IMG/VR virus record: IMGVR_UViG_3300020469_000060
Location: 1 to 54,686 of that record
DNA: 54,686 nt
DNA from: a virus
Taxonomy: Duplodnaviria > Caudoviricetes
Reading direction: 5' to 3' (one strand)
Translations under genes and position numbers: made by a program
The notes under the pieces: model-generated
Told to the model about the DNA's origin: nothing
Seen by the model: the letters and a program-made list of their open reading frames with translations, nothing else
The model's database searches: none
Part shown: one piece after another, positions 19,056 to 30,300 of the stretch
Position numbering within the stretch: the first letter of the stretch is position 1
Layout: every line of letters begins with the position of its first letter

Positions 19056-19481
19056 TTAATTATTTATGTTTTGGTCTGCTTTTTTGATCATTTTTTGTAA
19101 CTCTGCAGTAGAACCAACAAATAATGCATTGGTAACATTTGTTGGTCCCTTTTGGGTATTAGTCTCTTCTACATCCTTTAACTTTTTTTGAAGCTCCATC
19201 AGTTTATCTGTAGCATCAGAAACACTTTTAATTAACTGACCTGCCACTTCATATGCTCTTGGTTGTTCAGTTTCTTGTGCCAGTTCAAGGATACCATTAA
19301 TTGCTTCCTGTCCTTTTTCAATTATTGAATATAAGTTACCACGAGTATACTCATAGTCTTTTTGAATATCTTGTGGAGAAAATGATTTAGGTTTGACTGG
19401 TTCGACTTCTTTCTTTTCGGCAGGCATTAATTCTCCTGCTATACTAAACGCTTCATCTAAACCATTAAATTTATCAGTCAT
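19056..19481 (-). CDS. gp16: Terminase small subunit gp16
   Basis: DYEYTRGNLY..IEKGQEA, PRAYEVAGQLIK and NALFVGSTAELQK motifs. Confidence 0.95.
   Translation of the reverse strand: MTDKFNGLDEAFSIAGELMPAEKKEVEPVKPKSFSPQDIQKDYEYTRGNLYSIIEKGQEAINGILELAQETEQPRAYEVAGQLIKSVSDATDKLMELQKKLKDVEETNTQKGPTNVTNALFVGSTAELQKMIKKADQNINN
19061..19068 (-). promoter_or_regulatory. Late promoter CATAAATA inside the gp16 3' end
   Basis: NATAAATA about 50 nt upstream of the next ATG. Confidence 0.5.
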
Positions 19482-19487
19482 ATTATG

Positions 19488-20477
19488 TTAGAAGAAAGTG
19501 TTTCCATCAAATCCAAAATCATCTCCAATTTCAATAAGGTCATTGTCTACTTGTGTAATTGATTTAAGTGCAGTTCCTTTAACATGATCTTTGGCGATAG
19601 TATTATCTCTTGCTCTGTCGATAGTAATTTTACTACCGGTAACTTTCTTAATATATATCGACTCTCCATCAATTTCAAAGTATGTATCTGCAGCAATATT
19701 ACTTGCATCATCTACAGTAATACTAGTGGCACTGGATAAAATATCTACAGAAAGATTAGTTACTACAGAGTCATCATAATCTTTAACTGCTCTGGGAGTA
19801 ACTTTATATGCAAGATCTCTCTTCTCAGCACTATCAGTATAGTAAGAAAGAGTTGCTTGTTTGATTGGTTCAACTCTTGTGACAGGACCGAACAGATATG
19901 TTTTAGCTGTAAATCTTAGAGTATAAAGAAGAACTCTTCTTGTGCTGTAGTCTCCTTCATAATCATCCTGCATTGTAATATTTTCTAGAATGATTGGAAT
20001 ATCTCTCTTTTCTTTGATCTGGTCTATTAACTCTACACTAAGATTAAATGCAGGTTGAAAAAACGGCAAAATCTGTTCTACAATTTGTAATGCATCATCA
20101 TTTAACTTAGACATAATGCTAAGTTCAAATTGCATATTATAAGGAACTGGAGTAAAAACTTTATTTACTTTTTTCTTTGTATCTGGATCTTTTACTGCAA
20201 TCTTTTGAGTTGAAGTAACTTTACGAGAAGCATCATAAGTGAGACCAGTAAACTCAAATGACATTCTAGGTAAGGTCATTGCAGTAGACTTATTTAAGTC
20301 TCCAGACTGCTCAAGTCTTGCTAAAAACTTTTGTGTAGGTCCATATGAAAGAGGAATTTTCATCACACTAAAATCCGTATCAGAAGCATCTTTCTTCTGG
20401 ATATTGATATTATTAAAAAGCGTACCAAACGATATGATAGTTTTTCTTAGGATTTCGTGGTAAAAATGCTCAAACAT
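19488..20477 (-). CDS. gp15: Tail sheath stabiliser / completion protein gp15
   Basis: FYHE..RK.I..FGTLFN, P..YGP.QKFL, LPRMSFE, PVPYN and QIVEQILP.FQP motifs. Confidence 0.96.
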   Translation of the reverse strand: MFEHFYHEILRKTIISFGTLFNNINIQKKDASDTDFSVMKIPLSYGPTQKFLARLEQSGDLNKSTAMTLPRMSFEFTGLTYDASRKVTSTQKIAVKDPDTKKKVNKVFTPVPYNMQFELSIMSKLNDDALQIVEQILPFFQPAFNLSVELIDQIKEKRDIPIILENITMQDDYEGDYSTRRVLLYTLRFTAKTYLFGPVTRVEPIKQATLSYYTDSAEKRDLAYKVTPRAVKDYDDSVVTNLSVDILSSATSITVDDASNIAADTYFEIDGESIYIKKVTGSKITIDRARDNTIAKDHVKGTALKSITQVDNDLIEIGDDFGFDGNTFF

Positions 20478-20505
20478 GATTTTTGTTCACTATAATAATA
20501 TTTAG

Positions 20506-23025
20506 TTAAGGAATTCCAAAAGGATTTCTTTCAGTAAAATCTAATATTCCATCTGCTTCAGTTTCAATAGTTGCATTTTGAGCAAATCCATCTTCAGCAG
20601 GTTCTACATCTAGAGAGAATATTGTATGAGTAGCAGATGATTGTGATCCAACAATAGTTTCTCCTGGAACAAAAGTACCAGTAACATTGCCAAGTTCAAG
20701 AGTGTTTGTGTTTGTATCCCAAGTTCTAACTCTTGCCTTTGTTCCACTTGTAGAACCAGTGACAATTTCATTGAAGACAAAATCTCCAGAATCGGAAGTT
20801 CCTGGATTTGATATTGTAATATCTGGCGGAATAACATATCCATAACCAGAACTTTCTGTTAAAATATCAGTTACTTGTCCTGCTGGACTTATCGTTGCAA
20901 TACCTGTAGCAGTAGATATTCCTGAAATTATATTAATATAATTCTTATCACCTACAGTATTAGAGATAGAAACTAAAGGTGGAGTTATATATCCTCCACC
21001 ACCAAATGTAACTGCAATGCCAGTAACAATACCACACTTATCAATACCAAACTCAAATACTGATGTTGCTATACCTACATTTGAAGTAGAGTTATTGAGG
21101 AATATAGACCCAACGCCTATAGAACTTACAAAAGTATTGCTAGGTATGAAATTATAGAGATCGCTGTAACCAACACCCAATCTTACTCTATCTCCAACAA
21201 TAATATTCGTTGTTGTAATTCCAGTAATTATTGTTGAACTTATACCAAGAGTTCCTTGAGTTTGTATAGAGTTGAATCTAATAGTAGTAATACCAAGAGC
21301 TCTAAATTGTTCGTCTGCTCCAGCTGGTCCTGCAATGACAACATTTGGAGTTGAAGCATAACCATATCCACTGTTACCAACACTAATAGTATCAACTACT
21401 CCAGAAACATCAATGGTACATGTTGAAGTTGCTCGTATCGGTGATGGACTTCCTGAGAAAGAAATAGATGGTGTTACCGTATACCCAGATCCTACAGTTA
21501 CACCAGTTCCTGTTGCCCATGAATCTGTAACGTTAAACGAAACTGCGGTTACAACTCCAGTTATTGGATGAATTGTTGCGATACCTACAGCAGTTTGTAT
21601 TGGAGTATGAGTACCAACTCCTGTTCCAATAATAACATTTGGAGCAGTTGTGTATGCTCTTCCCGTTGAACTGAAAGTAACAGAACCTGGATCTATAGAA
21701 GACCCTGCAATTCCAATAGTAGCAGAAGCAAAACTAAATCCTGGATGCGATATAGTGACTGTTGGAGCAGAAGTATAAAATCTTCCTCCTGTAGTTAATC
21801 CTAGAGTTTCGACTGTTCCACCAGTTAAACTATAGGTATCAAGTGCTGCAGTTGCTTGAGCAACATTACCTGTTCCTGTAGGAAGAGCAAAAACTACTGA
21901 AGGTGCTTCTTTATAGAAAACGCCACCAGTTGTTCCTCCGGGGAATAAGAAGGCGGAAGAACCTACACTAACAGGTGCAGAAACTACACTAACTCCACCA
22001 CCAACTATTGGAGAATCTAAAGTTGCAGTCGCCGCTGCCCCGACATGTTTTGGTGTAGAGAACGTTACTGTTGGTGTCAACACATATCCTGCACCACCCG
22101 ACACAATAGTGGTAACACCAACCCCACCAGTTGTTGCAATACCTACAGTTGCTTTAGCACCTAAACCAGTATTGGAAATAAATTCAATCAATGGTGTAGA
22201 AGTATATCCTGCTCCAGAATTTGTTTGATAGATTTTTCTTATAGAATCTCTATCCATAACAACTGTTGCAACACCAGTTATTCCACTAGATGGTGCAGAT
22301 GATATTGCAACAGTTGGTGCAGTAGGATAAAATGCTCCTTGATTGGTTAAAGTAATTGAACGAATTCCACCATCAACTAGTCCACTAATTGCTGTAGCAG
22401 TTGTAGCAGTTCCAACCAAAGTCATAGTTAATGTTCCACCAAGAATGGTAGATAACCCACTTTCTGAAATACCGTCAGGATCACTTCCTACAAGAGTATC
22501 GTCAATCTGAGAAACTCCAGTATCGATAATTTCATCTTCATATCTAAAGAGTTCACACCTTAATTCATATACATAATTTTTTTGTAATTGGTAAAATGGT
22601 TTTTCATGTTCTACAAATTTTATTTCAAATAATCTATCGCCTAAAGGAAAATATATAAGGTCTCCTTCTTTTGGTCTTGAAGATATTCTTGTATTACTAA
22701 CATTTGCAACTAAAGGAGAAATAAAATTTTCATATCTTTCCTTAGATACTATCAAAGTTATTTCTTGAGTTGACTGAATTCCAAACTTTGATAATAATGT
22801 AGTATTGTCATTGTAACCTTCAAAATTTTCTACATATGCTTCTATAGGATAAGCATTATTAAATGAAGATTGTATTACTTCTTTTATTATACTTTTTGAT
22901 GTAATATATTCTCTAGGAAGATAGTGTACTTCTACACCATACATTTTAAGTTGCTCATTTACAAGACTTTGTAGAAGACCTTGTTCTGTTGATGTTCCTT
23001 GAGTAAAAAATGGATTTAATGCCAT
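20506..23025 (-). CDS. gp14: Neck protein gp14 with a large repetitive insertion
   Basis: N-terminal MALNPFF, YLPR, RPKEGDLIYFP...LFEI.FVEHE.PFYQL and C-terminal ILDFTE.NPFG motifs. Confidence 0.93.
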   Translation of the reverse strand: MALNPFFTQGTSTEQGLLQSLVNEQLKMYGVEVHYLPREYITSKSIIKEVIQSSFNNAYPIEAYVENFEGYNDNTTLLSKFGIQSTQEITLIVSKERYENFISPLVANVSNTRISSRPKEGDLIYFPLGDRLFEIKFVEHEKPFYQLQKNYVYELRCELFRYEDEIIDTGVSQIDDTLVGSDPDGISESGLSTILGGTLTMTLVGTATTATAISGLVDGGIRSITLTNQGAFYPTAPTVAISSAPSSGITGVATVVMDRDSIRKIYQTNSGAGYTSTPLIEFISNTGLGAKATVGIATTGGVGVTTIVSGGAGYVLTPTVTFSTPKHVGAAATATLDSPIVGGGVSVVSAPVSVGSSAFLFPGGTTGGVFYKEAPSVVFALPTGTGNVAQATAALDTYSLTGGTVETLGLTTGGRFYTSAPTVTISHPGFSFASATIGIAGSSIDPGSVTFSSTGRAYTTAPNVIIGTGVGTHTPIQTAVGIATIHPITGVVTAVSFNVTDSWATGTGVTVGSGYTVTPSISFSGSPSPIRATSTCTIDVSGVVDTISVGNSGYGYASTPNVVIAGPAGADEQFRALGITTIRFNSIQTQGTLGISSTIITGITTTNIIVGDRVRLGVGYSDLYNFIPSNTFVSSIGVGSIFLNNSTSNVGIATSVFEFGIDKCGIVTGIAVTFGGGGYITPPLVSISNTVGDKNYINIISGISTATGIATISPAGQVTDILTESSGYGYVIPPDITISNPGTSDSGDFVFNEIVTGSTSGTKARVRTWDTNTNTLELGNVTGTFVPGETIVGSQSSATHTIFSLDVEPAEDGFAQNATIETEADGILDFTERNPFGIP

Positions 23026-23029
23026 GGTA

Positions 23030-23878
23030 TCAACCTATCATATCTAAAGGTGGAATTTCATATGTATTCGACATTTTTTCCATTAAGTCGTCAATTTCTT
23101 TTACTGCATCATCATAAATTTGTCTTCCATTAAGTTCTACACCACCAGGAAGTTTAACTCCTTGGAATTTTATAAGATTTTGACCCCACTGCTTTTTAAT
23201 TAGCATAGTTAAATATTTTTTAACAAAAAAGTCATTCCAAACTTTTGAAAAATCGTTTGGATTTACTAATCTAAAACAATCGATAACAATATGATCTCCT
23301 ACGCTTACTCCACCCCAATCAATGTCAAGATACAATCTATCCATCCTTTGGTTAAATCTTATTTGCTTTTCTGTACTAAGAAGAAAATCTAGATCTTCTA
23401 GATATGTTTTTGTCATAGCATAAGACAATATTTCAGATGATCCCCAATAGTAAATATCGTTAAGGAACATTTGGTATTTGATGCTGAACATATTGCTTAC
23501 TGCAGTATTTGTTCCATCAAATTTAAATATTTTCTGAATTCCTATAATATCTGAAGGAACTTGCAAATAATTACTATTTTCTTTAAATGAAAATGATTTA
23601 GATTGTCCTGCAATTGTTGCGTTAGCAGTAGTAGTTACTACACCCTCTGTGGCACTTTCTCCTGAAGGTGCTCTACCTCTATCTTTATCCTCTTGAGTAA
23701 TTTTGTATTTTAGATATACCTGAGAGAACCCGTCATAGTGCCTCTCGTGCCAATACTGGAGGGCATCATCAACTAGATCGTCAATTTGTTCATTAGCAAC
23801 GTTGATCTCTAATACAGGAGCTCCTAACTGCCTCTTACAGTAATCTATTAAAGTTTGTCTAGATGATGGTTGTGCCAT
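23030..23878 (-). CDS. gp13: Neck protein gp13
   Basis: LIDYC.R.LGAPVLEINV..EQ.DD.VDDA.Q...E.HYDG and K.QWGQNLIKF.GV.LPGGV.LNG motifs. Confidence 0.96.
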   Translation of the reverse strand: MAQPSSRQTLIDYCKRQLGAPVLEINVANEQIDDLVDDALQYWHERHYDGFSQVYLKYKITQEDKDRGRAPSGESATEGVVTTTANATIAGQSKSFSFKENSNYLQVPSDIIGIQKIFKFDGTNTAVSNMFSIKYQMFLNDIYYWGSSEILSYAMTKTYLEDLDFLLSTEKQIRFNQRMDRLYLDIDWGGVSVGDHIVIDCFRLVNPNDFSKVWNDFFVKKYLTMLIKKQWGQNLIKFQGVKLPGGVELNGRQIYDDAVKEIDDLMEKMSNTYEIPPLDMIG

Positions 23879-23902
23879 TTATTCACAAATTCCCTATGTT
23901 TA

Positions 23903-23910
23903 TATTTATC
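23903..23910 (-). promoter_or_regulatory. Late promoter GATAAATA for gp13
   Basis: NATAAATA in the intergenic region. Confidence 0.7.
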
Positions 23911-24087
23911 TTAATAATTTGCTCTTATGACTGAGATAGTTTCTTGCTGTTTAAAGTAAAGTTTGCAGAAAGATTTTGCTAAATTTTTTAAGTTACTAAT
24001 ATCATTACAATCATCAATTTCAGCAGCTAGTTTTGTATACTCAAAACTTTTAGAAAGATTTTTTAGTTCTATTTCATTTGGGTCCAT
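23911..24087 (-). CDS. 58-aa helical protein, NblA-like candidate (below the ORF-track cutoff)
   Basis: MDPNEIELKNLSKSFEYTKLAAEIDDCNDISNLKNLAKSFCKLYFKQQETISVIRANY, with AAGGAG 7 nt upstream; fills the gap exactly. The CDS is well supported; the function is tentative. Confidence 0.75.
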   Translation of the reverse strand: MDPNEIELKNLSKSFEYTKLAAEIDDCNDISNLKNLAKSFCKLYFKQQETISVIRANY

Positions 24088-24301
24088 TTAATAACTCCTT
24101 TAGTAAGTTTTTAATTTCATCAATATCATTTTTCATACTAGCAACTTCTTGTTCTATGTTTTGCACCTTTTGGTTCTTTTTGTTTTTTGCTTTACGTTGA
24201 GCAATATATTTTTCATAACCAAGTATATCAATATTCACAATTGCATCATTATTAGGGTCTCTCAAAAGATTTGAGTGACCCTCTACTCCATGGTATTCCA
24301 T
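24074..24301 (-). CDS. Small coiled-coil hypothetical protein
   Basis: VEGH.NL.RD....AIVN motif and a heptad-pattern C-terminus; TAATG coupling. Confidence 0.85.
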   Translation of the reverse strand: MEYHGVEGHSNLLRDPNNDAIVNIDILGYEKYIAQRKAKNKKNQKVQNIEQEVASMKNDIDEIKNLLKELLNGPK

Positions 24302-27300
24302 TACGCTAATGCAATAACTCTAAGATCTTTAACTCTAGGTACATAAACTTGATTAGTAGAACTTAATACAAGTTTAATTCTATAGAATCTAAATGGTTGC
24401 AAGTTATCCATAGTAAAGGTGTACTCTTTAAATTCAAGATTATTACTATTAAAATCGAGAACATTGGTTTTTTGAATCAGCGTGTCGGATTGACCGTCAC
24501 TATCTTTCAAAGAAACTATCTCTCCATTTGGTTTGAAATTAAGATATCCAGGGAACGGTGCAAACACTGGATTTGCTGTTGGTTGGTCACTAACACAATA
24601 GAATGCTCTGATGTCAGAGTATGTATTAATATATCCATTAAGAATTATTTTAATTGAAGATGCTGAGTTCTCTAAAGAAAGTTCCCTTGAGATATACTGG
24701 AATGCTGATGGATCGGAATCAATAGTATTTACTCTAGAATCCGTTATGTAATCTGTAACAGAATTATTAATTCTATTTGTAGAAAGAATGGTATTCATTC
24801 TTTGAGCATCAATAACAGGACTTACTCTAGTATCAACAGAATTTAAGAACATTCTCAACGACATTGACTTATTGCCGGGGATAGCAGTAAGTTTTTGAGT
24901 TTCATTAACTTTGGAGAATATTGCTTTAGGTGATGTAAGGAAATTGGGTTTATTTAAGGTAACTGGTTCAAATCCACTATCAACGAATGGAATTTCATTA
25001 CCACTAATTCCTGTTGATGTTGTAGATCTTAATTGAGCACTAATTGTAGATCCTTGAACAGTTTGTGAATGAATCATCGGAGTAACAATTTCATATGGAA
25101 TATTTTGAGTTGCTCCAATATTGTATCCACCTGTAGACTTTGTATCTTGAATATAAAGTCTTGGAAAAGTATCATTTTGTCTTTCAACACTGCGATCTAA
25201 ATTATTTGCATTAAATAATTCGGACATATCAAGTTTTATGTAATAAGAATCTAAACTTATTGGGTCTGCAATTGTAACTTGATTCATATCATGAATCTTA
25301 TTAATTCTTGCAAGATTAACTCCGGATAACTCATATTTGTAAACTAATGTTCCAGCTGGATAAGATGCTCTATTTGCACCTCTAGTGATTGTTCCTCCTA
25401 TATTATTACCGGATACTGCAGTGTATTCGATAATTTCGTCACCAATCTTTATATATCCTGCATTGTTGTTAGCAACAGGAACTCCTTCAAAGTTGACAAA
25501 ATTTGCACTAGACTCAACAGAAATTGCACCTTGGGAACCTGTTTCATATGCAAGTGAGAGTTTTGTTGGAACTACATCAGATTCAACTCCAGATATATCA
25601 ACTCTATTATCAGCAAAATACATTCCATGATTTGTATGATTTATTTTAATATGCAAACCATCCGAATCAACTGTATCATTATTAATAGATACAATATTAA
25701 CTCCACCACCAGAAGTAGAATTTAATTCTTTTCTGCTAGTAGAATCAGTATAGAACATAGTATTTGCCACACCAGTTACAAACTCACCGATCACGTTATC
25801 TAAAACAATAGTATTTGTTGCGCCAATATTACCGAGAGTTAATTTCATATCTCTACCAACAGCACCATATGCTGCAGTAGTAGGGGTTATGACATCACCT
25901 ACTTGATAACCAGTTCCCCCATTTCCAGTAATTGTTGCCCCAATAGCAACTCCATTCTGAACAGTTAATGATACTTGAGCACCAGATCCATTGCCAGAAA
26001 TATTGACAATATCAACAGTTCTAGTTTCGGAATTTCCTGAAGAAGGTGTATAACCAACTCCTACATTAGATAATGTCAAAGTTCCTGTAGCAGAACCACC
26101 AACACCAATCAAGTTACCACTTGCGTTGGTGCTAGATTGATCGAATGTATTACCTAATGTGTGAGTATTTGTAACATCAAATGTAGATGAAAGACCAATT
26201 CTAAGTCTTCTTGATTTTAATTCAATAGAATCTGGTAACAGATTTGCAATTTGTCTATTTCCTTTAGTTAATTCTGGACTATAAACATCAATAGTACCAG
26301 ATGCTTCAAATTCTGCTCTATACAAATTAAATTTCAAATCTTCCCACTGACTTGCTTCCCATCCAGATGCATTTTGAGATTTGAATAGAGAACCCAAAAA
26401 TGGTTGTGAAGAAATTAAAGTATCTGTAAGGAAATCATCCTGACCAATTCTAGCAATGAATGTGCTATACTTTGTAGAATTTGTTGAAAGGCAAATGGCA
26501 TATTCCTTTCTTCCTTCTAGGTAGATCGGAGCTTTAAATGTAAATGAGGTTGCGATAGAACTATCATTAGAAATTGAAACTTCATCTGGATCAAGAATAA
26601 CCTCAGAAAGAGGAAGAACTCTAGATGTAGGAATTCCACCTTCAACTGTTCTGATCTGTAAAGTGATGGGAATTTCCATATCATCTTTAGACCTGAAGAA
26701 AATGTCACATCTTGTTAAGAAAATACCAGTTTCATCATCAACAGTAAATGTTTGTGCAAGAGGATCATACCATGCAGTAATAGTATCTGGAGAAGTTCTA
26801 TTAACTACGCTAGTTCCAACAATTTGTGTTCCTGAAGATTTACTAACAGTTTGTTGACCAAACTCTTTCTTATCTTCAAGACGTACATTCCTAATAGAAC
26901 CTTCATTCTGAATAATTCCAGTAGCTGAATATAATTCAGAAGCAGTAGTGGTTACATTTTCAGCATCATTGGTTATATTGCTGGAAAGAGTAAATGATCT
27001 AATACCTGATTCAAATCTTGGATGGTATGAAGTTGTCGTTTCTGGAATGTAGAAACTACCAATAAGAGATGATGTATTATCTACAACAAGTTTTAAATCA
27101 GAAACTGTTGCTGTGGCACCACTACTTTCTCCAACAAGTAAAGTTCCAACTTCAACATATCCATAATATAAACCTTGAGTTTCATTTGATAATGAATAGG
27201 TATCAATATTCAGAATGGTTGAAGTTGAATTATATGAGGAAGGAATTAATTGTCCGTTGTATGGATTTTCAAGATAAGTTTTAGTTGCTGCATCATAAGG

Positions 27301-30300
27301 ACCTTCTTTATGGTTTATCTGTGCAACTCTTGCATAGAACTTAGGAGAAATAATACCTTTTTTAATAGGAACACTGCGAATATTTTCTCCAACAGTAAAT
27401 GTTCCTGAAGTCATTGTAATTTCAATTAATTTAGGAACACAATATCTAGATACGTCAATACCATCAAAGAATGGGAATACTTTAGTCCCTGGTTTAAGTT
27501 TCTTAGAAATAAATTCAATATTTCTAGATCTCATAAATGGGACAAGATCTCTACTTACTGATCTATCATTTACTGAAGTTTTTTCATATTCTTCGTGAAC
27601 AATAGTTCTCGTTCCGCCTCTAGATTCTGTTCCAATATCAAAGGTTTCTTGAAGTTCTTCTTGAGAAATTGTAGTAGAATTTCTTCTTACCCACTGGCCA
27701 GGTCCTTGAGTTCCATCAAGTTTCTTTGTACTCTCCGAAATGGCATCAGTTGCTGCTCTACTTTCAGATTCGACTGTATCTAACACACCGGTCCAATTAG
27801 TTTCCCAAGAATCCCAGAGAATAGGGATAAATCCTGTTTGAGCATCTAATTCATTTGTTCTTTCATAGTAATCAACAGTAGCGGCATAATTACCTTCAGT
27901 TTCAATAATTCTAGTTTGAACTCTAACAGTATCAACCCAAGTATCTGAAGCGGGAGTCAATTCGATTGTTCCTTGCCAGAAACTTACTGTGAATGGTGTT
28001 ATAGTTTCAGATCTAGTTGCAAAGGTCTGTTGTAACCAATCAACCTCAGCATAATCTAAAGTTAAAATGTCATTACTTCTTGCGACATTTTCTCCTTCAA
28101 TTACATTGAATTTAAAATCAGTTGTGGAAGCAACTTCCTCAACAGGTCCAAGTACAAGATCTACTGAATTTGTATAGTGTTTTGGTCTTAACTCTTTATT
28201 TTTTCTGTCAATAGAGTTATTAAGAGTTGCCTTTGTTTCTTGCGATTTAAAAGAATTAAAGTTATCTACAAAGAAACCACTTTTAAACCTATTAAGACCA
28301 TCAGAATCTGAAATAAATGAACTTTCAGTTTTAGATTCAAGCAGAGATAGTGAAGTATAATATTCAAGATTTCTAATTCTATTTTCAAGTTGCTTAATAT
28401 CAGACATTCTGTATCTCTTATTTTCCAAGAATTTAAGAGATGCTTGTTCCGGATTGAACAGATACGGGGGCAACTTGATTGTAGCAAGTTCCATCGCATC
28501 ATCAATGGCAACTGGAGGTTCTGGTTTATCTGCAGGTGTTCCATAAACAATTTGGAACTTACCGTCTTTAGTCAGGAATAATCTATCAATTCTTCCAAGA
28601 AAGTATGAGAAATCAAAGATTAAACTTTCTTGAGAAGCAAGTGAATTTGCTGCAGAGTTGCCAGACTGGTTAAATGTTCTACCTGCAAATTCTAATGGAG
28701 AACGTGCTCCTTCAGTAACCGTATATATGGAAACTCTTGGTCGTATATCTATAATATCACTATTAGAGATGCCATCAACAGATTGAATTTCTGTCGCATA
28801 GTCAAAAGAGTTATAACTTTCAACTGTAGTCAAATCTCCAGAATCTGCTGTTCCATATCCAGCAGACGCAAAATACACTCTAATTTTCTTAGTTGGTGCT
28901 GCAGAAGATGATCTTCTTTTAATAGAACCATATGAATAAATGGTTTTTTGTTGCCCAGTACTAAATGTAAAATTGGATGAAATATTAAAACTTTCTTCAA
29001 CAATCGAACTAATTATACCTTCAACTAAACTTTGTTGGAAGATTACAGTTTCACCTTCAATAAAATCAATTTGGTTATTAACAATATATGATGCACTGGC
29101 ACTACCAGGTTTTCCAACACAAACAGCAATTGCTCCACTTGTCTGCCCAATAAGAATCTCTCCATCTAAAACATCTTGAGTTGTAGATGTTTGACTTATA
29201 ACAGAAGAGAACGTCATTGTTGGGGCAACAGGATCATTAATCCCATTAGATTCATAAATTCCGTGTATTTCTAAAACATCAGGGACATTAAGGGAAATTA
29301 GTTCATCTTCAACTCTTGTACCATATGGATAATTTCCATGATCCAATCCATTATTTAATGTTGTAGCACCTATTCCTGAACCTTCAATTCTCGATTTACT
29401 TATAACAATAGAAGAAACATTTGTTTTAATTTTTACTTTAGATTTTGGTTTAGATTTTGTTAAAGTTGTAAGTAATGTTGCTGTTCCAGAACCAGTTCCA
29501 GTATTAAATATATTTTCAAGTTTAGTTCGATCAAAATTAAATGACATCTTATCAGCAGTCAATTCAATTGTAGTTCCATCATCATCTCGTATTAAAGAAT
29601 ATCTTTCCGCAGTGAAGGGTAAAAATATTTCATTTGCACCTGCTTCAGGGGAAGATGCAGTATTAATAGAACCATTAGCAAGAATAGATATTGGGAATGA
29701 CTTTCTAATGGTGATTATAGATTCGTTTAAATTTATTGTTGCAATGTTCTGTTTTGATAACTTTGTATATAATGTATTATCTGAGGACTTATCTAATCCT
29801 GTTCTAACAATATTCATGTCAGAAACATTGACCACACCAGATGAGTGTAAACCACCATGCACAACACCAGCAACAGTGTGAATACCTGTCACAGTAACAC
29901 CAGTATTAGATACTGCAGTTACTTTAACCATTGTTTTATCATTTGAGGTATCAAGATTAGAATATGTTAATAGATCTCCAACTCTTACATTATCTAAAAA
30001 TCTTGGATTTGCACTCTGAACATTTCCGACATCACTAACTGTTGCAACACCAACATTAAATGCTTTAGTTTGAACAACATCTCCCGCAAAAGTATTAATA
30101 CCAACTAACCCATCATCGGTTCCAAAAACAGATTTAATATCTGCTATTGATTTTTCTGTAACTGCAATGGCAACTCTACCATTTGCAACACCGTCAAAAA
30201 TTAATGGTTCATTTTCAATAAACGATCCATTTCTATCATAAACAATAATATTAGCAGATGTAGAGACAGGTTCTCTAAGAAAACCAGTAGCACCACTATT

